Shown piece by piece: positions 11,201-18,918 of a stretch of 52,282 nucleotides of DNA (positions are counted from its first letter, which is position 1; every line of letters starts with the position of its first letter). This stretch comes from a virus (lineage: Duplodnaviria; Caudoviricetes): positions 1 to 52,282 of the IMG/VR virus record IMGVR_UViG_3300043747_000021. One strand, given 5' to 3'. Position numbers and translations under genes: made by a program. Below the pieces are notes generated by a model, which saw only the letters and a program-made list of their open reading frames with translations, was not told where the DNA came from and did no database searches.

Positions 11201-13945
11201 CAGTTCATGCGCACCAACCAATTGATGTATCGCGGCACGCAATTCCTCAAGGCTTACAAGAATCTGCCGCGCGATGCGCGCTTGCGCCTGAACGCCATCA
11301 TGGAGTTAATCCGACACAGGGACGCCGATTACGATCCGGCGGCGCAGGATATTTCCATGCGCAATAACGACCTGGAGCACACCGAGTATTCGCGGATTGG
11401 CGACGTCGTCAGCCTGTCTACGCCCGCCGAGATGCAAGCCTATCATCAGATGCGGCAGTTTTTTCAATCGGTGCTGCCCGAGATGCGCCGGGCTATGGCG
11501 ATCAAGCTTGAGGTCGATCCCAATTTGAGCATTGCCGAATTGGTCAATCGGGCGAACCGGCCCGGTGAGCGCAATCGCGAGCATATGCTCAACGTCGCGA
11601 CGCTGCTCGCGGCAATCGAGAACGCAAGTCGTAAGGGTTACATTCCGTTCGGCCGCTATGGCGACTATTACATCGACGTGCGGCCGCGCACCGCAGAGGG
11701 CGATCCGCGTGAGCCATCGACGTTCTTCCGCTTGGTCGAGACGCGCTCGGGGTTTGACCGGATGGCCGGCCGCGATCCCATGATGCGCGATGACGTGACC
11801 GGGCAGATGGTGCCGCGTCGTGCGCTCGCCGAGCTGCAACGGGTGCGGGCGCGCTTTGCCGGCCAGGACGTCGAGATCAGCCACGGGCAATTTACACCGA
11901 CGCCCGAGCGCTTACGCGAGGTCGGCCTGCCGGCGCTTGAGCGGGTGATGTTGCTGATGAGTCAGGACATCGAGCGCAACATGAAGCGCCAACTCGGGCC
12001 CGGCGCGACGTCGCAGCAAATCAGGGCTTCCGTGCTCCAGTTCTGGCAGCAGGCGGCGGCGGCGCTGGTGCGGGATTTTGCCGAGGAGACCAAGCGCGGC
12101 TTCCAGAAGCGAGCGCGCAACACATTCGGCTATGATCCGGATTTCGGGCGTGTCATCGGCGATTACGTCAATTCGACCTCGCACTACATCGCCAATCTGG
12201 AGTTTTCCAACCGCATTGACCGGGTGCTCAACAACGAGATTGCCACCCATCGCGATGAGAACGTGCGCGAATACGTCAAGGAGCGCATGAACGATCTTAA
12301 CCGCGATCCGCATGTGCTCGACGGGCCGGCACGGCTCGCGCGGCAGGGCGCGTTCCTGTGGGGCTTGGGATTGAATTTCTCCTCGTTCGTGATGTCGATT
12401 CTGCACGATCCGACCAAGGGCTCGGCAGTGCTGGGCATGGCGTTCGGTGCGGCCAATGTTCATCGCGCGTGGGGCCGATTGTTGGGGGCGATGGGCGACA
12501 CCTTACGGGGCATACGCATATCGGCCGAGCACGGGTTCTTTGTCGATCCCGAGGCGATCGGCTTCCGCAATGCGCGTGAGCGCGCGTTTGGCGAGATGGT
12601 GATCGAGGGCGGTTTGTGGCGCAGCCACGGCGGGCGCACGCTCGCGGGCTCGGACGCCATCATTGACGGGCCCGGTGAGTTTGCGCAGCGGGGTATGGCG
12701 AAGGGCTGGACGCGGTTGATGGAGCACGGCGCTTCGCTGATGCACATCGCCGACATGGTCAACCGCTCGATCGGGCTCGCAGCGTTCCGTGAGTTCGTGG
12801 CGCGGCCCGAGGTGTTCGAGGATTTCCATGCGCGGACGATGGCGCGCGATAATTATTACCGATCGCTGGTCGAGCTGAACGGCAAGTCGCCAGAGACCGC
12901 GGCGCGGTATTTGATCGAGTACAACGCCAGCGCCACCAACCCGTACAACCGCGCGCGGGTTATGCGCGGCTTTGCCGGTCAGACGCTGTTCCAGTTCAAG
13001 ACCTACACCTACGGCTATCTGTCGACGCTGCACGATCTGGCGTGGCATCAGGGCGGCGAGGGCAAACTGATGGCGACGATGATGCTGGGCCTGCTCGGCG
13101 CGCTGGGCGGGGTCGGCGCCATGCCGTTCGCGCAGGACGCCAAGGACGGCGTTGATTGGCTGATCAAAACCATTTTTGGAATCGATCCTGATTTCGAACA
13201 GCATTGGGAAGACACCATGGATGCCATGGGCGTCAGCAAGATGGCGGCCGACGGCGCGCTGCACGGTTGGCCGTATGCGACGCTGGGCGTCGACATCGGC
13301 ACCCGGCTCGGTTTTGGTGAGGAGGGCCGTCGGCTGGTTGATTCACCGATCGGCGCCGCCCCGTCGATTTCCTCACGCGCGGTCGAAGAGGCGTGGCACC
13401 GCTACCAGACCGGCCAGCCGACGAGCGCGATCGTGGCGGCGGCGTCGCCGAATTTCCTCAAGTCGATTCTGCTCGGGCAGAAGGTATGGCCGGAACAAGG
13501 TGTTATGACGCAATACGGCCAGCAGGTGTTAACCGCCAATCAACTCACGCCCGCCGATCGGTGGTGGCGGACGATGGGCTATCAGCCGTCCGACATTGCG
13601 CAGGCTTATGAGGAACGGGTGCGGCTGCGGGACAAGACGCAATTCCAGGCCCATGAGGCGGCCAATTTCCATACGCGGGTGGCGATCATGCTGATGGAGC
13701 GACAGCGCGCGCTTCATGAGGGCGATAACGAGGCGGTTACGGAGATCGACCGGCGGATACGGGCGGCGATGGGGGACGCTCAAGCCCGTGAGCTTATTAC
13801 CAGCGGGCCGGGCCTGCGCCGCGCCATCACCGATCGCATCCGCCAGATGATGGACCCGCAGCGCGCGCTCATAACCAAACTGCCCAAGAATCAGCGCCAG
13901 AAATTCTATGAGCAGTATCAAAAGCGCCTGCAAGCGACGCAATAA
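5276..13945 (+). CDS. Giant polyvalent ejection protein (gp16-like, 2889 aa) with zincin metallopeptidase, GNAT and PLxRFG-like regions
   Basis: N-terminal AG[F/Y]SxxDI repeats, HEGFH...EVWAEAF, 'RGQGLGVQMY...SADAEHVWQAL', 'GYIPFGRYGDY', helical C-terminus. Confidence 0.85.
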   Translation: MTAFDNLREAGFSEQDIADYAFRTQAPALRQAGYSDEDISQYISGLWSQHHIPDAMLQRFDDPGPQARLMINAQHARIAEANEAVAQAMKPVDDQMPGLAELTIRNLLEGPREFGQGLAAIGGVVPRERPVWPEEKPIDVFGDPLSVTGKKFYAQLLRSSPTLAGMVGLGTLGSAIGPEGSVLGALAGGMAGGGLTAGIQSLGRHLREETDKSPDDPHGNYRRALMASAQDSAFMAASVGLFGIAPWEQAPLKNLLFQAIGVQPAASAAEQAITNIEQGQPVGQGVPSAAISGAVGTLVPAAAMEPIKYGGRLLRGKPPPRTDVPPPPPPPPDTKAAAEDAARQAQQDNDNIVRTGLLQTGEATIQRVNPQTGQTESIGSLPTAQDMTDAAKIIGAGTLDPATRDGLLNQWLTNGVHPGEIAADSKIDPGLARFGEAPTAPPPPPLPPRDAPPPERVAAIRLPLVEPRVEPPRVAPERPREAPPVGVEPRLPLETPGVERPPAAAPAPPEAAPAAEPAVHVPAPAAAEPAPEPRLPGRELPPEAPPEAPPGEVVPREEAPPVEAEEPPLPELPPEEMPDVYERVYPSRVRPIGGYFEPNVYEVRGEPPPPSNMNVGDTDIIWGRRPTRREPQQPVDPMTDKVWTARDSDANVLATLAAVWDYDQRRYRYHVALFDAERAVREQQFDTVGDAQHYVERMVRGGRYDEVGHAAAMRETQERDGLRDLLRGPRAEQLLPPKGFFDRIWDFYARRMTPEEFLRSDPAWSGARVLAEQWGWREAEAFSYLANEMFSRMGATQRMSPKEAARFMARERGIAVVPDEPAPSPASVGEDVQAAIIKDWSRFDVLTPEARARESTLALLVERELMRMLGRDFVHVMVSRGAVLKGVPQFEHLQTAAGAQTGVAGLAYTRTDTAGNLVKGLIRLALGERELLRTTAHEGFHIWQDYLATDREIEILDRGTEEMRRNVVAAELKKAGKTDAQIADWPTREVWAEAFDTYWKDRKAGVPHYVRPVFDKFINFLNRLRNGLRGLGFRTYRDIFRDIYEGEASARQRAMRVRPGTETLDELVYQEFLRGTGLASRARGEGERSFTTAMGSQYVVHENGQTTRNKAARDVPGHEGDFGPQPRSEKTYYLTPENANRLAIPSGARVRYVDHGNGTLTQVQYHEATGKWGTGRDPVAGNHRVPAETEPRVGLIPFELWKKGTTEGYNSYSGWHFGNPITEVRPGIGGVTAQAEFKIDKSTPGIAQIYRAELPEGVRGQGLGVQMYEQAAREAAAEGRRLASDAVVSADAEHVWQALKRRGYDVVQNPAARRVEGGGLSTRVEGTSKYQGPVFEIQGAPRAAPEPASYATQLAAALGDDTKFPEVYHRLKNEPREVVVAAANEFYGPVSPGTSKNKALARVLARHAKLMSFERGGAPYALPQPADLTPAIAAAARRMSIDPDRLGEIQGDTILGAMPNMYGRLRDGREMPMNAGADTLWIGAKGGMIDPRLLTHFKSAATNNEWFPVKGERRAVPEPTPTVPVQRAAEDERVPAPAPPAPGPAPPAPETEPPAGRVRGPRATGRAAADPDTWNLVEFLTSRDNAKPGLKPIAELTDQLGRGYSVPGMGRVFRTNGMTLDEAMPAAIAGGYLSPDVLNDADGGHKKLVEAITTLALKEGQVAERPVDVKAERDKIELELVNALELAGTPEDPVELRTFNRAVQFIEAGHERNPQAAYRRALMEEDEHATSTEPIEPRTGAIPGFDDEPPAGAPGEGRTVEGEPVPEPAIGGAREDARPPGERDGAVAGGPDDKTEQSAPTPVEQEARNRSTAGLDQPLPAGAKREAMLDEAHLARQAARDDPQIAMDFTGRAAAAEHDAFKLDPAQREAAERELEAQFAMLDDFNERVMPEADPSTRPGGPGDTWGGGAPEGPPGTGGTGDGSAGSAARAANEMNPPNERRPWMMNIVQRMMMLPQMVAKRDPIVAGLEALLSQQFMRTNQLMYRGTQFLKAYKNLPRDARLRLNAIMELIRHRDADYDPAAQDISMRNNDLEHTEYSRIGDVVSLSTPAEMQAYHQMRQFFQSVLPEMRRAMAIKLEVDPNLSIAELVNRANRPGERNREHMLNVATLLAAIENASRKGYIPFGRYGDYYIDVRPRTAEGDPREPSTFFRLVETRSGFDRMAGRDPMMRDDVTGQMVPRRALAELQRVRARFAGQDVEISHGQFTPTPERLREVGLPALERVMLLMSQDIERNMKRQLGPGATSQQIRASVLQFWQQAAAALVRDFAEETKRGFQKRARNTFGYDPDFGRVIGDYVNSTSHYIANLEFSNRIDRVLNNEIATHRDENVREYVKERMNDLNRDPHVLDGPARLARQGAFLWGLGLNFSSFVMSILHDPTKGSAVLGMAFGAANVHRAWGRLLGAMGDTLRGIRISAEHGFFVDPEAIGFRNARERAFGEMVIEGGLWRSHGGRTLAGSDAIIDGPGEFAQRGMAKGWTRLMEHGASLMHIADMVNRSIGLAAFREFVARPEVFEDFHARTMARDNYYRSLVELNGKSPETAARYLIEYNASATNPYNRARVMRGFAGQTLFQFKTYTYGYLSTLHDLAWHQGGEGKLMATMMLGLLGALGGVGAMPFAQDAKDGVDWLIKTIFGIDPDFEQHWEDTMDAMGVSKMAADGALHGWPYATLGVDIGTRLGFGEEGRRLVDSPIGAAPSISSRAVEEAWHRYQTGQPTSAIVAAASPNFLKSILLGQKVWPEQGVMTQYGQQVLTANQLTPADRWWRTMGYQPSDIAQAYEERVRLRDKTQFQAHEAANFHTRVAIMLMERQRALHEGDNEAVTEIDRRIRAAMGDAQARELITSGPGLRRAITDRIRQMMDPQRALITKLPKNQRQKFYEQYQKRLQATQ

Positions 13946-13978
13946 AATCGGCCCCGGGCGGGGTCAGTGCCCGGGGCC
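13941..13978 (-). terminator. Rho-independent terminator at the convergence of the late and leftward operons
   Basis: 10-bp stem GGCCCCGGGC/GCCCGGGGCC (13950-13959/13969-13978) followed by ATTTTATT on the minus strand. Confidence 0.7.
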
Positions 13979-14017
13979 TCGCGTCCGTCCCATGAATCCA
14001 AGCCGCACGGGATCGGA

Positions 14018-14125
14018 CGTTTATTGGGGGACTCCCCTTTCCCCCGTTTATTGGGGGACTCCCCTTTCCCCCGTTTATTGGGGGACTCCCCTTTCCCCCG
14101 TTTATTGGGGGACTCCCCTTTCCCC
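14018..14125. repeat. Perfect 27-bp tandem repeat, 4 copies (CGTTTATTGGGGGACTCCCCTTTCCCC)
   Basis: Four adjacent identical copies with no spacers, in non-coding DNA. Confidence 0.97.
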
Positions 14126-14129
14126 CTGG

Positions 14130-14390
14130 TTATTCATGCGGCGGCGCGAGCCGCGGCGTTGGCACGTCGGCGGGCGGCAGGCGGGCCGCATGCAGGCGTG
14201 TAATGAGCCGGTGACGCATGGCCTGGAGCACGAGGCGGCCGGCGCCGAGCTGGGCGTGGACGAGTGACACACCGGGCCGCAAGCCACGGTCGGTGGCGGA
14301 AAGATGGCGCAGCGCCACGGCGTCGTCAAAGGCGGCCTGCGCCATGGCGACGGCCTCTTCGAGGCCGGCAAGTTCGCGTTCGATCGACAT
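14130..14390 (-). CDS. Hypothetical protein
   Basis: MSIERELAGLEEAV..., closely packed behind the previous gene. Confidence 0.55.
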   Translation of the reverse strand: MSIERELAGLEEAVAMAQAAFDDAVALRHLSATDRGLRPGVSLVHAQLGAGRLVLQAMRHRLITRLHAARLPPADVPTPRLAPPHE

Positions 14391-14394
14391 GAAG

Positions 14395-14652
14395 CTAATC
14401 CTTGAATCGGGGGTCGATGAGGACTTTGGTATTCGGGCCGATGTGCTGAGCGACCTTGCGCTGCATAGTTCGCTCGTCTTCGTCGGCGAAGATGACGAAC
14501 TCGAACTCGTCGGATAGGCCGCACGCCGAGCCCTTGATTCTGATTGGCATGCCCTGGCGCAATAGATCGAGATTGCGGTACGACAACCCGAAGCAGACAA
14601 TCGTTACCGGACTGCCATCGGGGTTGGTTCCTTTACCCATCATTTTCAGCAT
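14395..14652 (-). CDS. Hypothetical phage protein
   Basis: GGAGG RBS; 'FGLSYRNLDLLRQGMPIRI' resembles a recurring small phage family. Confidence 0.7.
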   Translation of the reverse strand: MLKMMGKGTNPDGSPVTIVCFGLSYRNLDLLRQGMPIRIKGSACGLSDEFEFVIFADEDERTMQRKVAQHIGPNTKVLIDPRFKD

Positions 14653-14668
14653 TGGCACCTCCACACCA

Positions 14669-15034
14669 TTAGACGCAAATCTTGGGCGGCATCGGAAACT
14701 TGCCCCCGGTCCAGCGCCACATATGCAGCGTGAACGGATGCATGTTGACGTAGTCCGCGTCGGGCGGATGAAACTCAACGACGCAATCGGCCGGTTCCCA
14801 AAACAGGCGTTTGATAAATGTCATTTCCTGCCAGTTCGGCGTCCTGGTTTTGAGCGACACCGACACGTGCTCCCAAGAACACGTGATGGGATCGCTGGAG
14901 TTTATGGCCATGACCGCGAGATCGCGCCCGCACGGGCCCGGCACGCGGAAGGCGCCCCAAGGTTTGCCTGGGTTTGAGCCGAAGGGACCGACGCGGATGC
15001 GGAACTCCTCAAGTTTGGGGTCGAGCTTCATCAT
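14669..15034 (-). CDS. Conserved phage hypothetical protein (DUF7694-like)
   Basis: 'WEHVSVS..RTPNWQEM..IK.LFW...HPP...YVNMHPF.LH.WR' motif; ATGA overlap with the TnpB-like stop. Confidence 0.75.
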   Translation of the reverse strand: MMKLDPKLEEFRIRVGPFGSNPGKPWGAFRVPGPCGRDLAVMAINSSDPITCSWEHVSVSLKTRTPNWQEMTFIKRLFWEPADCVVEFHPPDADYVNMHPFTLHMWRWTGGKFPMPPKICV

Positions 15035-16329
15035 GACGGCGCCTTGGTGAGTTCGCGCTTGGCGCGCTTGGTGAGTGTGCGGACGTGTTTGGCGGCTTGC
15101 TTGAGGGCGCCGCCGATGGCGAGTGCGGGCGCTTGGTCTTCGATCACTTCGCAGGCGATGCCGGCCTCGGCGGCCTTGTAGAGGAGCATGGCGACCGCGG
15201 TGGCGGGGGCATAGTTGAGGGCGGCGCGATTGATGGCGGCGACGTCGGCGACTGCGGCGCCCCAATTGTTGTGGTCGCCGCGCGCGGAGCGGGTGACCTT
15301 TTTGACCGGCGGCGCGTAGATTGTGATGGCGCTGGCGCGACGCACCAGCCGCGCGGTCCAGACGTGGAGCGCATTCTTGCGCTTGCGGGCGGCGCGCGCG
15401 AGGTCGGCGGCGACGATGGCGCGTTCCTGCATCATCATTTCATGCTCGGGCTCGCTGAGTTTCTTGCCGCGTGGATAGGCGAGGTCGGTTTGCCGGCGTT
15501 TGTCGTCGGCGGCCTCGCACAGTGTGGCGGCGTCGAGCAGCTCTTGCGGGGTGTCGGGCTCGTTGTCGACAATGGCGAAGCCGTCGACGAGATCAAACCG
15601 CACTACGATCGGGCGGTGGCCGGCGACGCGCCGCGGCGGTGTGGTGAGCGCGGCCGAGATCGACCAGCGGCCGTCGAGATAGCGCACGTCGGCATCGGTC
15701 CATTCGTTGACTCGACCGGGCAGTGCGGAGCGCGCCCATACCAAGCTCGGCACGCCCTTGAAATAGACTACCCACGAGTTCTTGTTGCGGCCTGCGACAT
15801 GAGAAAAGCCGTTAAGCTCGGCGCCGTGGGTGCGCGCGTTATAGGGTTGGAGCGAGCAACCGGACAGGCAGCGGTGCGGCACGGCGAGCGCATGGCGCGT
15901 GGACTTGTAGCGCGGATAGCCGGCATCCTCGCCAAGCTTGAGGCGGCGAAAGAATGCCGACCACGCGGCGGCGAGCGAGGTGGCGACGCGCCGCGGGGTC
16001 CAGGTTGATAGCTCTTTCCATTCGGGACACTCCTCGCGCATGCGTGAAATCCACGCGCTCATGGTGAACTCGGAGGGGAGCGCGTGGTCGTGGCATAATT
16101 TCAATTTGCCGGCCGTGCCGGACAATGCCGCGCAGGCCGCGCAGTGGAACACGTGCGGGCCGGCGCAAGCGCGCTGATAGCGCTGCTCGCACATTTCGAG
16201 CATGGCGTTCCAGAGCTGCGCGCACATGGCGGCTTGGCCGCGTAGCGCCTCGTCCTGTGCGGGCGTGGGATAGAGGCGCCACTGGTAGCGGCGCACGACG
16301 CCTTCAATGGGCCGGGTGCGTTTGGCCAT
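15031..16329 (-). CDS. tnpB: TnpB (IS605 OrfB)-like protein, predicted nuclease-inactive
   Basis: 'RYQWRLYPTPAQ...LWN', 'AWSAFFRR...GYPRYKS', 'VTRSARG...INRAAL...LLYKAAEAG'. RuvC-II Glu position reads IYAPP; the zinc ribbon and RuvC-III are absent. Confidence 0.85.
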   Translation of the reverse strand: MAKRTRPIEGVVRRYQWRLYPTPAQDEALRGQAAMCAQLWNAMLEMCEQRYQRACAGPHVFHCAACAALSGTAGKLKLCHDHALPSEFTMSAWISRMREECPEWKELSTWTPRRVATSLAAAWSAFFRRLKLGEDAGYPRYKSTRHALAVPHRCLSGCSLQPYNARTHGAELNGFSHVAGRNKNSWVVYFKGVPSLVWARSALPGRVNEWTDADVRYLDGRWSISAALTTPPRRVAGHRPIVVRFDLVDGFAIVDNEPDTPQELLDAATLCEAADDKRRQTDLAYPRGKKLSEPEHEMMMQERAIVAADLARAARKRKNALHVWTARLVRRASAITIYAPPVKKVTRSARGDHNNWGAAVADVAAINRAALNYAPATAVAMLLYKAAEAGIACEVIEDQAPALAIGGALKQAAKHVRTLTKRAKRELTKAPS

Positions 16330-16775
16330 CAGTCTGCTCCAAAGGTCTGCCGCCAGACCTCGCGGAGCACGGTGATCGCGGTTACAAGTTCCTGCTCGTC
16401 GGCATGAATCTCGCCGGCTTCGATCAGGGATTTAGCTAGTGCTAGAACGAAAAGCTGTTCGTCCTTATTGCCTGGAGGACGATTGCCGTTGCCACCCGCT
16501 GGTAGTTCAGGCGCAATATTGGTTGCTGGGATGGTGCCGATCTTGCGTGGCGCGCACAGCACGCCGTCCGTTATATTGCGGAATACCGTGCCGTTGACGT
16601 GGCTTTCGTTGATTTCGACGTCGTAGGTTGCGCCGGGTTGGAACAGTCCGATCTTGTCGGGCCAGACGCCGTAAAGGTTACCCGAACTATCCTTGATGGT
16701 GCCGCGTTTTTTGCCGCCCTTTGGCGGGTTGACATATTGCACGGTGATCCGGGCGTCGAGGGTTGATTGGTTCAT
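16329..16775 (-). CDS. Hypothetical protein, possible OB-fold ssDNA-binding protein
   Basis: Beta-rich N-terminal domain (TVQYVNPP..GTIKD..G.LYGVW...GATYDVEI), Pro/Gly linker, helical tail. Confidence 0.5.
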   Translation of the reverse strand: MNQSTLDARITVQYVNPPKGGKKRGTIKDSSGNLYGVWPDKIGLFQPGATYDVEINESHVNGTVFRNITDGVLCAPRKIGTIPATNIAPELPAGGNGNRPPGNKDEQLFVLALAKSLIEAGEIHADEQELVTAITVLREVWRQTFGAD

Positions 16776-17047
16776 GACATACTCCACGGGTCTGTCGAGC
16801 GATGTGCCGCGAAAATCTCTCGCTCAATGATCGGCACAAGCTGGCCTGCGGTGGTTATGAGGTTCTCCAAGACCTCGTCGCGGACGTCGGGGCGATGGCC
16901 GGCGATGTAGGTCGCCAGTAAGTCGGCGAGCGCACCGCCGATAATGTCAGGCGAGTAGCCCGCAAATATCGGCTTGACCTGAGCGGCGAGGTGAAGCGCG
17001 GTGGTGCTGCCCACCAGCGCCTGTGGGGTGATGTTGTCGTCGCTCAT
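16772..17047 (-). CDS. Hypothetical protein
   Basis: Coupled ORF with overlapping stop and start codons. Confidence 0.7.
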   Translation of the reverse strand: MSDDNITPQALVGSTTALHLAAQVKPIFAGYSPDIIGGALADLLATYIAGHRPDVRDEVLENLITTAGQLVPIIEREIFAAHRSTDPWSMS

Positions 17048-17289
17048 ATGGCGCGCTCCGTGGTGCGCTCGATTGCATCCATGCGCTCGTGCAGGCGTGT
17101 GATCAGCGGGTAGAGCGCACGGAGTTCGTCGAGTGTTGATGCCTGCTTGCGTTCCAGTCGCCGCAGCGTGTCAACGATGATGCTGTTGTCCTCTTTGAGG
17201 CCGGCTACATCATTCTTGATTGTCCGCATATCGATCTGCATAGCGATGAGGGTTGTGCCGATCCATTTCAAGTCGATGGTTTCGCTCAT
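17044..17289 (-). CDS. Small coiled-coil protein
   Basis: Heptad pattern; flanked by a 28-bp direct repeat. Confidence 0.75.
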   Translation of the reverse strand: MSETIDLKWIGTTLIAMQIDMRTIKNDVAGLKEDNSIIVDTLRRLERKQASTLDELRALYPLITRLHERMDAIERTTERAI

Positions 17290-18047
17290 ATGGCGCGCTC
17301 CGTGGTGCGGCTGATGCCGGGCGGCAGGCTGCCTGTTTCCTTGCGATGGGCGCGGGCGCCCGCGAGGATCGCCTCGGCGATCTTGTCGGTGAGCCCGATC
17401 GCCTCGATTGCTGCGCGCCAGTCGGTGACGGTGAGCACCTCGGTGGTGCGCAGCGTCGAGGCGCGGCCGGCGCCGTCGGCGAGGCGCACTTTGGTGTCGC
17501 GCTCGGCGCGGTCGGCAAAGCGTGATGCGCGCTCGAACTCGGCGAAGGCGGCGTTGGCCGCCGCGGTGGCGCCGGCCGTGTCGGTGATGACGCCCTGCTT
17601 GGCGTCGTCTAGCGCCGCGAACTCGATAGCCTCCGCGGCGCGTGCGGCGGCCTCGGCGGCGGCTGCGGCGCGGCGGGCCTCCTCGGCGGCGGCAATGCGG
17701 CGGCGTTCTTCCGCGAGCGCGTAGGCCGTCATGCGCGCCTTGAGTTCCGACAATATCTTGTCAAACAGGCCGAGCTTGTTGTTGTTGTGATACGGCGCAT
17801 AGCCGGCATTGATGGCCTTGACCTGGATTTGCAGCGGTTCGATCAGGCCCTCGCGCTCGTCGTCGAGCGAGCGCAGCACGTTATCGGCGCGGTCCTTCCA
17901 GCTTTTGGCCTCCCGCGCGTCGTCCTCGGTTGCGACGGTGGGATGGTCGGAAAGCCATCTGCCGAGCAAGTCGAACGTGTTTTGCGCAAAGCGCAAGAGG
18001 GTGTTGTGGTCGCTGGTAATGATTTGAGTGTCGGTCATGGGTGTCAT
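17286..18047 (-). CDS. Long coiled-coil phage protein (Gam/Gp157-like architecture)
   Basis: 'EDDAREAKSWK...LDDEREGLIEP..VKAIN', Ala/Glu/Arg coil, C-terminal 'LPPGI'. Confidence 0.6.
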   Translation of the reverse strand: MTPMTDTQIITSDHNTLLRFAQNTFDLLGRWLSDHPTVATEDDAREAKSWKDRADNVLRSLDDEREGLIEPLQIQVKAINAGYAPYHNNNKLGLFDKILSELKARMTAYALAEERRRIAAAEEARRAAAAAEAAARAAEAIEFAALDDAKQGVITDTAGATAAANAAFAEFERASRFADRAERDTKVRLADGAGRASTLRTTEVLTVTDWRAAIEAIGLTDKIAEAILAGARAHRKETGSLPPGISRTTERAI

Positions 18048-18048
18048 C

Positions 18049-18255
18049 CTAGAAGCCGGAATAATGGAGAAGCGCGCGAACGGCGGCGAAGGCAGCAATG
18101 AATGCGCCCGCGCCGCCCGCAATGGCGGTGATCGGGAACAGCCAGCGTTCACTACGAAATTTGCTGGCTTCCTCGATGAGCTTGTGCTGCTCGGCCATGA
18201 ACTTGCGGGTTTCCTCAATAAGCCGCAGCATTTCCACGTTTTCGCGCTCGGTCAT
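18049..18255 (-). CDS. Small coiled-coil protein with C-terminal TM helix
   Basis: E..K repeats, ERW, then a hydrophobic tail; GAGG RBS. Confidence 0.75.
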   Translation of the reverse strand: MTERENVEMLRLIEETRKFMAEQHKLIEEASKFRSERWLFPITAIAGGAGAFIAAFAAVRALLHYSGF

Positions 18256-18578
18256 GTCGTGCCCTCCTCGGCAATGCGGGCTTCGATGGCGCTCGATGCA
18301 ATCGCGGTAATGCGCTCGACAATCGTGGCATAGAGCGCGCTCGTTGGATCGAGCCGCCATTGTTTGGCGCGCGCCCTGAAGCCGGTCAGGCCGTTATCGA
18401 GGGTCAGGAAAACGTCGGATACGCACCACGTGCCGTCATCGGTCGAGGCGGTAACCTCGTACATGCCGGAGAGGTGGCCGGCGGTGAGCCTGTCGTTGCC
18501 CTCGATCAAGGTGATGAGATCGAAGTCAAATTGCTGATCGAACGCGATTGTGCTAGGCATGGCGTGAATCTGGGGCAT
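18252..18578 (-). CDS. Hypothetical protein
   Basis: Coupled to the downstream gene; start uncertain (18578 or 18560). Confidence 0.6.
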   Translation of the reverse strand: MPQIHAMPSTIAFDQQFDFDLITLIEGNDRLTAGHLSGMYEVTASTDDGTWCVSDVFLTLDNGLTGFRARAKQWRLDPTSALYATIVERITAIASSAIEARIAEEGTT

Positions 18579-18723
18579 TTGGCGACTGTCCTTCGTTGGT
18601 GTCCTGGTTCGGTGCCGCTCCGGTCGATCGTTCGTTGAACTCCACACGTTGATGGGCACTTGACCGGGGCGGCCCTTGCGCTTATGTAGTCCATGGATAC
18701 TCCTATTGCAAGGGGAAAGGACC

Positions 18724-18918
18724 ATGGCTACCGCGCGGAAAAAGAGCGACGACTACCCCGACCTCGACCCGAAGGGTTGGCCGCAGACGTTACGGCTGGG
18801 CGAGGCGCTACAGGCGCAGATTGACGAGTGGCGGCGTTGGGAGCCTGACCTACCGCCCCGAGCCGAAGCTGTGCGCCGGTTACTTGAGATCGGACTCGAC
18901 CGGGGCGGGCACAAGTGA
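18724..18918 (+). CDS. Ribbon-helix-helix transcriptional regulator
   Basis: 'TLRL...IDEWRR.EPDLP.RAEAVRRLLEIGL'; AGGA RBS. Confidence 0.75.
   Translation: MATARKKSDDYPDLDPKGWPQTLRLGEALQAQIDEWRRWEPDLPPRAEAVRRLLEIGLDRGGHK

Noticed and set aside
13908-14267. ORFs with VYWGTPLSP or RLLGDSPFP repeats
   Set aside because: These are translations of the 27-bp DNA repeat through a terminator, with no RBS and antisense to the leftward operon.
15031-16329. Active IS605/IS200 insertion sequence
   Set aside because: No TnpA, no flanking non-coding ends or subterminal hairpins, the gene is coupled on both sides, and the catalytic residues are degenerate.
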